Below, in pieces: positions 55,062-63,373 of a DNA stretch of 63,373 nucleotides. The notes below the pieces were generated by a model, which saw nothing but the letters and a program-made list of their open reading frames with translations, ran no database searches and was not told the origin of the DNA. The position numbers and the translations under genes were made by a program. Every line of letters starts with the position of its first letter. Positions within the stretch are counted from its first letter, which is position 1. This stretch comes from Candidatus Limnocylindria bacterium (GTDB lineage: Bacteria; Chloroflexota; Limnocylindria; QHBO01). The stretch lies in contig DATADC010000008.1 in the NCBI GenBank assembly GCA_036258735.1, positions 1 to 63,373 of the forward strand. The letters run 5' to 3'.

Positions 55062-55841
55062 TCACTCGGTGAGGACCTCGGGGCCCGATTCGCGGACCGC
55101 CACAGTGTTCTCGAAATGGGCGGACAGGCTGCGGTCGGCGGTGACCACGGTCCAGTTGTCGGGCAGCACGCGGACGTCGTCGCCGCCCAGGGTGAACATC
55201 GGCTCGATGGCGAAGCACATCCCCGCATCGATGCGGAGCCCGGTTCCGGGGCGGCCGTAGTTGGGCACCTGTGGGTCCTCGTGCATGGCCTGGCCGATGC
55301 CGTGGCCCACGAAGGGCCGCACGATCCCGTAGCGGTGCTCGCGGGCGACGGCCTCGATGGCCGCGCCCACGTCCCCCAGCCGGTTCCCCGGCACCGCGGC
55401 GGCGATGCCGGCTTCCATCCCGCGGCGCGTGGCGTCGATCAGGTCACGGACCTCGCGCGGCGGCATGCCAACGAACCAGCTACGGGCGCAGTCGGCATGC
55501 CAGCCCTCCCAGATGCAGCCCACGTCCAGGCTGACCAGGTCCCCGTCCTCGACCCGCCGACGACGCGACGGGATGCCGTGTACCACCTCCTCGTTGATGG
55601 AGGCGCATATCGAGCCGGGAAACGGCGGGTTCGACCCGTACCCCAGGAAGGACGGCACGGCGCCGGCATCGCGGATGATCTCTTCCGCGATAGCGTCGAG
55701 TGCCCCCGTCGTGACGCCGGGCAGCAGCTCGCGCTCCAGCGCCTCCAGGACGCGGACCAGGATCTGGCCGGAGTGACGCATGCGAGCGATCTCCTCGGGT
55801 CGCTTGAGGGTGACCGTCGAGGCGCGCGATGGCATGCCCAT
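55062..55841 (-). CDS. map: type I methionine aminopeptidase
   Basis: Metal ligand contexts VVHGIP, DVGCIWEGWHADCARSW, VGHGIG and FAIEPM. Confidence 0.9.
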   Translation of the reverse strand: MGMPSRASTVTLKRPEEIARMRHSGQILVRVLEALERELLPGVTTGALDAIAEEIIRDAGAVPSFLGYGSNPPFPGSICASINEEVVHGIPSRRRRVEDGDLVSLDVGCIWEGWHADCARSWFVGMPPREVRDLIDATRRGMEAGIAAAVPGNRLGDVGAAIEAVAREHRYGIVRPFVGHGIGQAMHEDPQVPNYGRPGTGLRIDAGMCFAIEPMFTLGGDDVRVLPDNWTVVTADRSLSAHFENTVAVRESGPEVLTE

Positions 55842-56524
55842 CAGCGCAGCACCGTCAAAAGATCCGCCGTGACCCGCTCGATGGGGGCATCCCCGTTCAC
55901 GCGAGTCAGGACGCCGGCGTCGGTGTAGTGGTCCACGACCTCGAGCATCGGCGGTACCTGCTTGTCGAGGCGCGCCCGCACGACGTCCGCGCGGTCATCA
56001 TCGCGCTGCTCGAGCGGCGTGCCGTCCTTGTCGCACATACCGGGCTCCGCGGGCGGGTCGGTACGCAGGTGGTAGGGCGTGCCGCACGAGGGGCATACCC
56101 AGCGGTCGCTGACACGCGCCACCAGCTCCTCGGTCGGGACGTCGATGTACGCGGCGCGCCAGATTCGCTCGCCCTGGGCGGCGAGCGTCTCGTCCAGCGC
56201 TCGCGCCTGGCCCACGGTCCGCGGAAAGCCGTCCAGGATCGCGCCGCGGGCCGCGGACGGCTTGGCCAGCTCGTCGGTGAACATGGCGATGGTCACGTCG
56301 TCGGGCACCAGGTCGCCGCGATCCATGTACTCGCGCGCCTGCTTGCCCAGCGCGGTGCCTCGGCGGAGCGCATCGCGAAAGAGGTTACCCGACGCCAGGT
56401 GCGCCAGCCCCAGCTCGCGCGAGAGAATCTCCGCCTGGGTCCCCTTGCCGGCGCCGACCGCGCCGATCAGCAGGATCAGCTTGCGCCGCTCGGGCGCGGC
56501 ATCGCCGGCGCCCGCATCGGTCAC
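55841..56524 (-). CDS. adk: adenylate kinase (zinc-lid type)
   Basis: P-loop LLIGAVGAGKGTQAE, ILDGFPRTVGQA, lid CPSCGTPYH...CDKDG. GTG 56524 overlaps the secY stop (GTGA). Confidence 0.9.
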   Translation of the reverse strand: MTDAGAGDAAPERRKLILLIGAVGAGKGTQAEILSRELGLAHLASGNLFRDALRRGTALGKQAREYMDRGDLVPDDVTIAMFTDELAKPSAARGAILDGFPRTVGQARALDETLAAQGERIWRAAYIDVPTEELVARVSDRWVCPSCGTPYHLRTDPPAEPGMCDKDGTPLEQRDDDRADVVRARLDKQVPPMLEVVDHYTDAGVLTRVNGDAPIERVTADLLTVLR

Positions 56525-57804
56525 CGGATGAAGCCCTCGTAGTGGCGCATCAGCATCTGGGCCTCCAGTTGCTTCATGGTCTCGACCACCACGCTGACGA
56601 CGATCAGGATGCTGGTGCCGCCCAGCTGGAGCGCATCGGTGCCGGGGATGGCCGCGGACACGAGCAGCGGAAGGACTGCGATGGATGCCAGGAAGAGGGC
56701 ACCGCCCAGGGTGATCCGGTTCGTGACGCGGGTGAGGAACTCCTCGGTCGGCCGTCCCGGCCGGATGCCTGGGATGAAGCCGCCGTTCTTGCGCAGGTAG
56801 TCGGCCGTCTGATCGGGCCTGAACTGGAAGGCGGTGTAGAAGTAGGTGAAGAAGACGACCAGGACGAAGTAGAAGACGCCGTAGACGAGCACGTTGTTGG
56901 CGCTCAGGTTGTTCACGATCCAGTTCGCGGCGCCCTGTACCCAGTCGATGTCGCTCGCGGTGAAGTACTGGGCGATCTGCGCGGGGAAGAGCAGGATGCT
57001 GATGGCGAAGATGATTGGGATCACGCCCGCCATCGTGACCTTGAGGGGCAGGTAGCTGGACTGGCGCTGCAGCATGCGCCGCCCGCGCATCTGCGTGGCG
57101 TACTGGACCGGGATGCGGCGCTGGCCCTCGTTGATGAAGACCACCCCGGCGATCACCACGATGGCTATCAAGAGGAACGGAATGATGCGCACCAGGCCGT
57201 CCGGGCCGGTGACGATGGGGGCCGCCTGGTCCGGGATGCGTCCCACGATGCCGGCGAAGATGATGAAGCTGATGCCGTTGCCCAGTCCGCGCTCGCTGAT
57301 GAGCTCGCCGAGCCACATGAGCAGGATGGTGCCCGCCGTGAAGCTGGTCAGCAGCGCCAGCTTCTCGAAGCTGAACAGGTCCGACTGCGGGATGACGCCG
57401 TTCGCCTCCAGCAGCACGCTGAAGCCGTAGCCCTGCGCGAAGGCCAGCGGCACGGTCAGCAGGCGGGTGTACTGGTTGATGCGGTTGCGCCCGTACTCGC
57501 CCTCGCGCGCGAGCTCCGCGAGGCTGGGGATCACCCCCTGCATCAGCTGCATGATGATGCTGGCGTTGATGTAGGGGTTCACCCCCATGCCGATGATCGA
57601 GGCCGTCGCCAGCCCACCGCCCGAGAACAGGTCCAGCAGCGGCAGCAGCTGGTTCGACTCGAACAGCTGCCGCAGCCGCTCCTGGTCCACGTTCGGGACC
57701 GGGATGTTGGTCAGCACCCGGAAGATCAGCAGGATCCCGAGCGTGAACAGGATCTTGCGGCGGATGTCCGGCGCCCGGAAGGCGGTGACCAGGGACTCGA
57801 TCAC
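56521..57804 (-). CDS. secY: preprotein translocase subunit SecY
   Basis: 10-TM protein with GMGVNPYINASIIMQL, GNGISFIIFAGIV and the C-terminal MRHYEGFI. Confidence 0.95.
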   Translation of the reverse strand: MIESLVTAFRAPDIRRKILFTLGILLIFRVLTNIPVPNVDQERLRQLFESNQLLPLLDLFSGGGLATASIIGMGVNPYINASIIMQLMQGVIPSLAELAREGEYGRNRINQYTRLLTVPLAFAQGYGFSVLLEANGVIPQSDLFSFEKLALLTSFTAGTILLMWLGELISERGLGNGISFIIFAGIVGRIPDQAAPIVTGPDGLVRIIPFLLIAIVVIAGVVFINEGQRRIPVQYATQMRGRRMLQRQSSYLPLKVTMAGVIPIIFAISILLFPAQIAQYFTASDIDWVQGAANWIVNNLSANNVLVYGVFYFVLVVFFTYFYTAFQFRPDQTADYLRKNGGFIPGIRPGRPTEEFLTRVTNRITLGGALFLASIAVLPLLVSAAIPGTDALQLGGTSILIVVSVVVETMKQLEAQMLMRHYEGFIR

Positions 57805-58413
57805 CTAGGACTCGCTCTCGGCCCCGGCCGCTTCGGCCTCTCCCTCTGCCTCCGCCGTCTCAACCTCTTCTTGGCCCTCTGCCTCCGCCGTCTCAACCTG
57901 AGCCTCCGCCTGTACCGATGTCTCGGCGGGCTCGTCCTCGACCGGGTTGCCTTCCGGCCAGCTGATGCGCTGCGCCGTGCTGCCCGCCGTCGCGAGCTTC
58001 TCGAGCGCCGAGCGCGTAAAGGCGTGCGCGTGGATGGTCACGCCCTTCGGCGCGTCGCCGCCGCCCAGGATCTTGACCGGGCGCGGCGTGGTCTTCGACT
58101 GGCGCAGCAGGCCATCGTGGACGAGGACGTCGGGGGTGATGAGCGTGCCGCTCTCGGCCGCGGCCAGGCGGCCCAGATTGACCCCGGCGTACTCGACCCG
58201 GAAGCGGTTCTTGAATCCGTGCAGCTTGGGGGTGCGCACGTGGAGCGGCGTCTGGCCGCCCTCGAACCAGGCGGGGATGCCGCCACCCGAGCGCGCCTTC
58301 TGGCCCTTCGTGCCGCGCCCGGCGGTCTTGCCGCGTCCCGAGCCGTGGCCGCGCCCGACGCGCCGTGGCGGCGTGTGCGAACCGGCCGGCGGGTGCAGGT
58401 CGTGCAGCTTCAC
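57805..58413 (-). CDS. rplO: 50S ribosomal protein L15 with an acidic repeat-containing C-terminal tail
   Basis: [44 protein letters not shown] core. About 55 extra C-terminal residues are rich in E/A/T. Confidence 0.9.
   Translation of the reverse strand: MKLHDLHPPAGSHTPPRRVGRGHGSGRGKTAGRGTKGQKARSGGGIPAWFEGGQTPLHVRTPKLHGFKNRFRVEYAGVNLGRLAAAESGTLITPDVLVHDGLLRQSKTTPRPVKILGGGDAPKGVTIHAHAFTRSALEKLATAGSTAQRISWPEGNPVEDEPAETSVQAEAQVETAEAEGQEEVETAEAEGEAEAAGAESES
57842..57899. repeat. 33-nt-period tandem duplication inside the rplO tail
   Basis: 25-nt string CCCTCTGCCTCCGCCGTCTCAACCT occurs at 57842-57866 and 57875-57899, encoding VETAEAEG twice. Confidence 0.8.
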
Positions 58414-58637
58414 TTCGACGTTCCTTCCTCGGTCGCCGGCTCGTGGACGTCCAGCAGGAACGCCACGCGGCGGATCATGCCCCGGTTCACCGGGGTGTCG
58501 GCGATCTCGACGGTCTGGTTGAGCCGGTGCAGGCCCAGGGCGCGGATGGTGCCACGCGCGCCGGCCGTGTGCCCGATGGTGGAGCGCACCCAGGTCACGC
58601 GCAACGAGCGGCCACCGGTGTCGGGCTTACCTGCCAC
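58410..58637 (-). CDS. rpmD: 50S ribosomal protein L30
   Basis: [47 protein letters not shown]. Position between rpsE and rplO. Confidence 0.9.
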   Translation of the reverse strand: MAGKPDTGGRSLRVTWVRSTIGHTAGARGTIRALGLHRLNQTVEIADTPVNRGMIRRVAFLLDVHEPATEEGTSK

Positions 58638-59214
58638 GGCCGCCTCCCATTGGGACGGGCGGGGCCGGACGCTCGACGTACTCGTGCGGCCGGCGGGCCG
58701 CTTCGGCGCCGCGCTTGCCGAGCAGCTCCTCGGCGGTCTTCCCGCGGGCGCCGGCGATCTCGTCGGCCGATCGCAGCGACTCCAGCGCCTGGACCGTCGC
58801 TCGCACCACGTTCACCGGGTTGGTGCTGCCCATGGCCTTGCTGAGCAGGTCGCGGATGCCGGCCGCCTCGGCCACCGAGCGCACCGAGCCGCCGGCGATC
58901 ACGCCCGTGCCGGCCGATGCCGGCTTGAGGATGACTCGGCTGGCGCCGTAGTCGCTGGTGACCTCGTGCGGGATGCTGGCGCCCACCAGCGGCACGCGGA
59001 TGAGGCGCTTCTTGGCGTCCTCGACACCCTTGCGGATCGCCTCCGGAACTTCATTGGCCTTGCCCAGTCCGGCGCCCACCACGCCGTTGCGGTCGCCCAC
59101 GACGACCACCGCGCTGAAGCTGAAGCGTCGCCCGCCGCGCACCACCTTGGCCACGCGGTTGATCTGGACGACCTTCTCCTCGAGGTTGAGCTTGGACGGA
59201 TCGATTCGTGTCAT
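58627..59214 (-). CDS. rpsE: 30S ribosomal protein S5
   Basis: [53 protein letters not shown]. Confidence 0.95.
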   Translation of the reverse strand: MTRIDPSKLNLEEKVVQINRVAKVVRGGRRFSFSAVVVVGDRNGVVGAGLGKANEVPEAIRKGVEDAKKRLIRVPLVGASIPHEVTSDYGASRVILKPASAGTGVIAGGSVRSVAEAAGIRDLLSKAMGSTNPVNVVRATVQALESLRSADEIAGARGKTAEELLGKRGAEAARRPHEYVERPAPPVPMGGGRGR

Positions 59215-59229
59215 GGCGGACTCCTTGCC

Positions 59230-59589
59230 CTACAGGTCGAGGCCGCCCTCGCGGGCGCCCTCGGCGAGCGAGCGGACCCGCCCGTGGTACTGGTAGCCAC
59301 TCCGATCGAGGACCACGCTGCTGACCCCTGCTGCGCGAGCGCGCTCGGCCAGGGCGCGGCCAACGGCCCGTGCCTGGTCCAGCTTGCCGCCGGGCGAGCG
59401 CAGGTCGCCCTCGCGGCTTGACGCGGCGGCCAGCGTGCGGCCGGTGCTGTCGTCGATCACCTGGGCGTAGATGTACTTAGCGCTGCGGAACACCGACAGG
59501 CGCGGGCGCTCCGGATCGCCGCTGATGCGCAGCCGGATGCGCTCGTGGCGCTTGCGACGCAGCGCGTCGCGGCTCTCCTTCTTGATCAT
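59230..59589 (-). CDS. rplR: 50S ribosomal protein L18
   Basis: [37 protein letters not shown]...[17 protein letters not shown]. Confidence 0.95.
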   Translation of the reverse strand: MIKKESRDALRRKRHERIRLRISGDPERPRLSVFRSAKYIYAQVIDDSTGRTLAAASSREGDLRSPGGKLDQARAVGRALAERARAAGVSSVVLDRSGYQYHGRVRSLAEGAREGGLDL

Positions 59590-59592
59590 CGC

Positions 59593-60141
59593 CTACGCGC
59601 CCCCAACCTTGCCGGCCTTGCCTGCCTTACGCAGGATGTGCTCGCCCGCGTAGCGGATGCCTTTGCCCTTGTACGGCTCCGGCTTGCGTCGGGAGCGGAT
59701 GAAGGCTGCGGTCTGGCCGACCAGCTCCTTGTCGGCGCCGAACACCGACAGGCGCGTCGGAGAGTCCACGCGGAACTCGATGCCGGTCGGGGGCTCCACC
59801 TCAACCGGGTGCGAGTAGCCCAGCGCCAGGACCAGCTTCTGCCCCTGCAGCTGGGCGCGGTAGCCCACGCCGCTGATCTCCAGGGCCCGGGTGAACCCGC
59901 TCGTCACGCCGGTCACCATGTTGGCCACCAGCGTCCGGGTCAGGCCGTGCAGCGCCCGATGCCGCGGCTGGTCACTGGGGCGCAGCACCTGCAGCTGACC
60001 GTCGCCGTGCTCGACCTTCATCTCCGGATGGATCTCGCGCTCCAGGGAGCCCAGCGGCCCGGAGACCCGCAGCCGCGACCCGTCCTGGGTGACCTCCACC
60101 CCGTCAGGGAGCGGGATCGGCATGCGACCAATTCGTGACAT
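59593..60141 (-). CDS. rplF: 50S ribosomal protein L6
   Basis: MSRIGRMPIPLPDGVEV...GVGYRAQLQGQKLVLALGYSHPVE...KGKGIRYAGE. Confidence 0.95.
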   Translation of the reverse strand: MSRIGRMPIPLPDGVEVTQDGSRLRVSGPLGSLEREIHPEMKVEHGDGQLQVLRPSDQPRHRALHGLTRTLVANMVTGVTSGFTRALEISGVGYRAQLQGQKLVLALGYSHPVEVEPPTGIEFRVDSPTRLSVFGADKELVGQTAAFIRSRRKPEPYKGKGIRYAGEHILRKAGKAGKVGGA

Positions 60142-60153
60142 GTCGCTCGCTCC

Positions 60154-60552
60154 TTACCAGACGTAGCAGAGGACCTCGCCGCCGAGGTTCAGCTTGCGGG
60201 CCTGCGACCCGGTCATGATCCCCTGCGACGTGGAAAGGATGGCCGTCCCGAGCCCGCCAAGAACGCGCGGGATCTCGGTCTTGCGGGCATAGACCCGAAG
60301 ACCCGGCTTGCTGATGCGCTTGAGGCCGCTCACCACCGGCGTGCGTCCCTCGACGTACTTGAGGCGCACGGTGAGCATCTCCTGCACGCCGTCCTGGCTG
60401 GTGGCAAAGGACTCGATGAAGCCCTCCTCGACCAGGATCCGCGCGATCTCCCGCTTGATCCGTGACGACGGCAGCGTCAGCTCTCGGTGCCGCGCCAGGC
60501 TCGCGTTGCGGATCCGCGTCAGCATGTCAGCGATGGGATCGGTGGTGTTCAT
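60154..60552 (-). CDS. rpsH: 30S ribosomal protein S8
   Basis: [42 protein letters not shown]...GGEVLCYVW. Confidence 0.95.
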   Translation of the reverse strand: MNTTDPIADMLTRIRNASLARHRELTLPSSRIKREIARILVEEGFIESFATSQDGVQEMLTVRLKYVEGRTPVVSGLKRISKPGLRVYARKTEIPRVLGGLGTAILSTSQGIMTGSQARKLNLGGEVLCYVW

Positions 60553-60650
60553 GTCGTCTACGTGTCTCCTCGGCGGTGGTTCGCGCCACGCTCCCGGCGT
60601 GGTTGGCGCCTGCCGCTGATGTGGCCGCTTGCGGCGGCCCTACCGATTGG

Positions 60651-60836
60651 CTACCAGCTCGACTTCGTGACCCCCGGCAGCTGGCCCAGCAGGGCACGCT
60701 CCCGGAAGCAGATGCGGCACAGGGCGAAGCGGCGCATGTAGCCACGCGGCCGGCCGCAGATCGAGCAGCGGTTGTGCTGCTGGACCGCGAAGCGCGGCTT
60801 GCGCCCTGCCTTGGCGATCATTGACTTCTTGGCCAA
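60651..60836 (-). CDS. rpsZ: 30S ribosomal protein S14 type Z (61 aa, Cys4)
   Basis: TTG start preceded by GAGGAG: [61 protein letters not shown]. The ORF-track start 60998 is upstream junk. Confidence 0.9.
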   Translation of the reverse strand: MAKKSMIAKAGRKPRFAVQQHNRCSICGRPRGYMRRFALCRICFRERALLGQLPGVTKSSW

Positions 60837-60852
60837 ATCCGGACTCTCCTCG

Positions 60853-61494
60853 CTAGCTGGCCTGGAACGGCATGCCGAGGAGCTGGAGCAGGCGACGCCC
60901 CTCCTCATCGGTCTTGGCCGTGGTGACGATGCTGATCTCCAGGCCCCGCAGCCGGTCGATCTTGTCGTAGTCGATCTCCGGGTACACCAGCTGCTCACGC
61001 AGGCCCAGGCTGAAGTTGCCTCGGCCGTCGAACGAGCGGGTCGGGATGCCCCGAAAGTCCCGGATGCGCGGCAGCGCCAGGCGCAGCGTGCGCTCCAGGA
61101 AGTCGTACATGCGCTGGCCCCGCAGCGTGACCTTGGCCCCGATGGGCATGCCGGTCCGCAGCCGGAACTGCGCGATGGAGCGCTTTGCGCGCGTCACGAT
61201 CGGCTTCTGCCCGGTGATGGTGGCCAGGTCGGACACCGCGGCATCCAGCGCCTTGGCGTTCTGGATGGCCTCGCCCAACCCGATGTTGACGACCACCTTC
61301 TCCAGGCGCGGCACCTCCATCGGGTTGGCGTAGTCGAACTCGCGCTGGAGGGCGGGCACCACCTCGTCGTGGTAGCGCTGGCGCAGCCCGGTATACGCCG
61401 GTGGCGTGAAGCCGCCGGCGCCGGTGCCGTTGCCATCCGCCCCGGCCCGCCGAGCGCGGGCGGCCGGCCGGGCCTTGGTCGTGGCGGCGCTCAT
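60853..61494 (-). CDS. rplE: 50S ribosomal protein L5 with about 30-aa N-terminal extension
   Basis: [40 protein letters not shown]... core. ATG 61494 overlaps the rplX stop (ATGA). Confidence 0.9.
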   Translation of the reverse strand: MSAATTKARPAARARRAGADGNGTGAGGFTPPAYTGLRQRYHDEVVPALQREFDYANPMEVPRLEKVVVNIGLGEAIQNAKALDAAVSDLATITGQKPIVTRAKRSIAQFRLRTGMPIGAKVTLRGQRMYDFLERTLRLALPRIRDFRGIPTRSFDGRGNFSLGLREQLVYPEIDYDKIDRLRGLEISIVTTAKTDEEGRRLLQLLGMPFQAS

Positions 61495-61820
61495 CGGGCG
61501 GTCACCTCGATCTGCTCGCCGCAGTGCTTGCACACCCGCGCATGGCGTCCACCCTCGAGCACCTGGTGCGCGATGCGGGTCGGCTTGTTGCAGCGCGGGC
61601 AGACGACCTGCACGTTACTCACGTGGATCGGCACCGGCAGGTCCAGGATGCCACCCTGCTGCGTACGCGACCGCGCGCGCATGTGGCGCTTGCCCATGTT
61701 GAGCCCCGGCACGACGACCGCCGGGCCGCGCTTCGTCTCCTCGACCCGCTCCACGGTCCCGCGCTTGCCGCGGTCCTTGCCGGCGATGACCATCACGGTA
61801 TCGCCCTTCCTGACGTTCAC
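61491..61820 (-). CDS. rplX: 50S ribosomal protein L24 (with C-terminal CxxC...CxxC)
   Basis: [26 protein letters not shown] (KOW) ... [13 protein letters not shown]...RVCKHCGEQ. Confidence 0.95.
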   Translation of the reverse strand: MNVRKGDTVMVIAGKDRGKRGTVERVEETKRGPAVVVPGLNMGKRHMRARSRTQQGGILDLPVPIHVSNVQVVCPRCNKPTRIAHQVLEGGRHARVCKHCGEQIEVTAR

Positions 61821-62188
61821 TACAGCACCTCCGGCGCCAGCGACACGATCTTCATGTAGTTGCGCTCGCGCAGCTCACGCGCCACCGGGCCGAAGATGCG
61901 CGTCCCGCGCGGGCTGCCTTGGGGCGTGATCAGCACGGCCGCGTTCTCGTCGAACCGGATGTGGCTGCCATCCGGTCGCCCGTACTCCTTGGCGGTTCGC
62001 ACCACCACGGCGCGCACCACGTCGCCCTTCTTGACACCGGAGTTCGGCAGCGCCTGCTTCACGCTGGCCACGATCACGTCGCCGACCTCCGCCGTGTCGG
62101 TCTGCGACCGGCCCAGGACCGTGATGCACTGCAGCGTGCGCGCCCCGGTGTTGTCGGCCACGCGCAGCCGCGTGTACTGGCGGATCAT
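61820..62188 (-). CDS. rplN: 50S ribosomal protein L14
   Basis: [26 protein letters not shown]...AVVVRTAKE...[10 protein letters not shown]...[12 protein letters not shown]. Confidence 0.95.
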   Translation of the reverse strand: MIRQYTRLRVADNTGARTLQCITVLGRSQTDTAEVGDVIVASVKQALPNSGVKKGDVVRAVVVRTAKEYGRPDGSHIRFDENAAVLITPQGSPRGTRIFGPVARELRERNYMKIVSLAPEVL

Positions 62189-62455
62189 CTAGTCCACCAG
62201 CTCCTCGTAGGAGCCGCGCTGCAGGATCTCGACGACGCGCCAGCGCTTCTCCCGCGAGAGCGGGCGGCTCTCCTCGATCCGCACCGTGTCACCGACGCGC
62301 GCCCCATTCTCGTCGTGCGCCTTGAACTTGCTCGAGAGACGCACCACCCGCTTGTAGATAGGATGGCGGCGCAGCCGCTCGACGCTGACCACGACGGTCT
62401 TGTCCATCTTGTCGGACACCACGCGCCCGACCTTCGTCCTTCGCTTGCCCTGCAT
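62189..62455 (-). CDS. rpsQ: 30S ribosomal protein S17
   Basis: [44 protein letters not shown]...[13 protein letters not shown]. Confidence 0.95.
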   Translation of the reverse strand: MQGKRRTKVGRVVSDKMDKTVVVSVERLRRHPIYKRVVRLSSKFKAHDENGARVGDTVRIEESRPLSREKRWRVVEILQRGSYEELVD

Positions 62456-62685
62456 CAGCTGGCCTTCTCCGCGTCAGCCGCGGCCGCCGCCTCGGCGGCG
62501 TGCTGGCGCTCGGTCATCACGGTGAGGATGCGAGCGATGCGCTTCCGGGTCGCCGGCAGCCTGCTGTAGTTCTTCTCCTGGCGCGTGGCCAGGTCGAAGC
62601 GGATCTTCCACAGCTCCTGCTTCGCGTCCACCAGCGCGGTCTCCAGGTCCCGGTCCGATAGGCGACGGATCTCACTGATGTCCAT
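62455..62685 (-). CDS. rpmC: 50S ribosomal protein L29
   Basis: [31 protein letters not shown]. Position between rplP and rpsQ. Confidence 0.9.
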   Translation of the reverse strand: MDISEIRRLSDRDLETALVDAKQELWKIRFDLATRQEKNYSRLPATRKRIARILTVMTERQHAAEAAAAADAEKAS

Positions 62686-63100
62686 GCTCGAGACCCTCCT
62701 TCACCACGAACTTGGTCGAGATCGGAAGCTTGTGGCCGGCGAGCCGCATAGCCTCGCGAGCGATCGGCTCCGGTACGCCAGACATCTCGAACATGACGCG
62801 CCCCGGCTTGACGACCGCCACCCAGTGGTCGGGTGCGCCCTTGCCGGAGCCCATCCGCACCTCGGCCGGCTTCTTGGTGACCGGCTTGTCGGGGAAGACA
62901 CGGATCCAGATCCGGCCGCCGCGCTTGATGTGGTGAGTCATGGCGCGCCGCGCCGCCTCGATCTGGCGGCTCGTCAGCCAGCAGACCTCCTCGGCCATCA
63001 GGCCGTAGTCGCCGAAGCTGACCTGGGTGCCGCCCTTTGCCATCCCGGCGCGGCGTCCGCGCTGCACCTTGCGGTGCTTGACGCGCTTTGGCATCAGCAT
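62672..63100 (-). CDS. rplP: 50S ribosomal protein L16
   Basis: [34 protein letters not shown]...[46 protein letters not shown]. Confidence 0.95.
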   Translation of the reverse strand: MLMPKRVKHRKVQRGRRAGMAKGGTQVSFGDYGLMAEEVCWLTSRQIEAARRAMTHHIKRGGRIWIRVFPDKPVTKKPAEVRMGSGKGAPDHWVAVVKPGRVMFEMSGVPEPIAREAMRLAGHKLPISTKFVVKEGLEHGHQ

Positions 63101-63103
63101 CGG

Positions 63104-63373
63104 TCAGGCCTCCTCGCCCTTGGCTGGCTCGGCGTCCGGCGCCGCGGCGGCCGGCGCCTCCGGCTCGGCAGCCTCGCCGGGCTGGGCCGCGATCTCCGCC
63201 TGGTTCGGCTCGGCAACGGCCTCCGGCTCGTTAGTCGCGGCCGCCTGCTCGTCGAGCGTCGCCTCGGTCCCGGCAACGTCCGCCGCCGTTTCCGGCATGG
63301 TCGCCACCGGAGCGGTCGCCACCGGAGTGGTCGCCTCCGGAGTGGTGGCCTCGTCGGGGGCCGTACGCCGGCG
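63104..63373 (-). CDS. rpsC: 30S ribosomal protein S3, low-complexity C-terminal tail only (5' part outside window)
   Basis: The frame is open to the window edge and ends 3 nt before rplP, which is the canonical S3-L16 order. Only an Ala/Pro/Glu/Thr-rich tail is visible, so identity rests on synteny. Confidence 0.6.
   Translation of the reverse strand, partial: RRRTAPDEATTPEATTPVATAPVATMPETAADVAGTEATLDEQAAATNEPEAVAEPNQAEIAAQPGEAAEPEAPAAAAPDAEPAKGEEA
63300..63344. repeat. 3 x 15-nt tandem repeat inside the rpsC tail
   Basis: GTCGCCACCGGAGCG / GTCGCCACCGGAGTG / GTCGCCTCCGGAGTG, followed by a degenerate fourth unit. Encodes TPVAT/TPEAT-type pentapeptides. Confidence 0.8.

Noticed and set aside
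53162-61820. Cys4 motifs in L24 (CPRC...CKHC), S14 (CSIC...CRIC), S4 (CRIC...C..C) and L36 as something unusual.
   Set aside because: Zinc-ribbon forms of these ribosomal proteins are well known. To my recollection Thermus thermophilus L24, S14 type Z, S4 and L36 all carry such Cys clusters.
57842-63344. Short tandem repeats (57842-57899, 63300-63344) as a possible CRISPR or other repeat array.
   Set aside because: Only 2-3 contiguous copies, no spacers, in frame inside the rplO and rpsC coding tails. These are coding micro-duplications, not arrays.

Overview
Very GC-rich bacterial chromosomal segment with strong GC3 bias, so the six-frame track holds many long spurious antisense ORFs. I call about 85 genes.

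The left ~12 kb is mixed-strand and looks accessory. It holds parA (partial)-parB, hypothetical genes, a collapsed UvrA-like pseudogene and an araC-VOC-DUF1801 operon. It also holds an unusual cluster: a GTP cyclohydrolase II/RibD-reductase fusion, an MDR dehydrogenase, a PTPS/QueD-like gene and two head-to-head GT4 glycosyltransferases. VOC and DinB-family genes flank tRNA-Asn(GTT).

The rest is core metabolism and information processing, almost entirely on the minus strand: rpoD-dnaG, an ECF-like sigma/ZAS anti-sigma pair (+), ppdK, HTH+TPR, glyQS, an orphan tadE-tadE-tadG module, recO and a trans-polyprenyl synthase (+). These are followed by CNNM/TlyC, glmU, ridA, ispE, rsmA, tsaD-rimI-tsaB-tsaE, alr, nnrD, acpS, glmS, glmM-cdaR-cdaA and rpsI-rplM-truA. 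The contiguous alpha/spc/S10-distal ribosomal operons run up to a partial rpsC. Synteny is of the actinobacterial type (rplM-rpsI-glmM ... glmS ... alr-tsaE-tsaB-rimI-tsaD), but the phylum cannot be fixed from this window.

The best candidate for an undescribed system is an eight-gene, translationally coupled cassette inserted exactly between alr and tsaE (35735-42160). It encodes a divergent macro domain, an 81-aa protein, four membrane proteins, a GlmL/MutL-like actin-fold ATPase and a 347-aa soluble protein. The secondary candidate is the RibA-RibD_C / MDR / PTPS-like / 2xGT4 cluster (5067-9990).

No rRNA, CRISPR array, transposase or integrase was seen.
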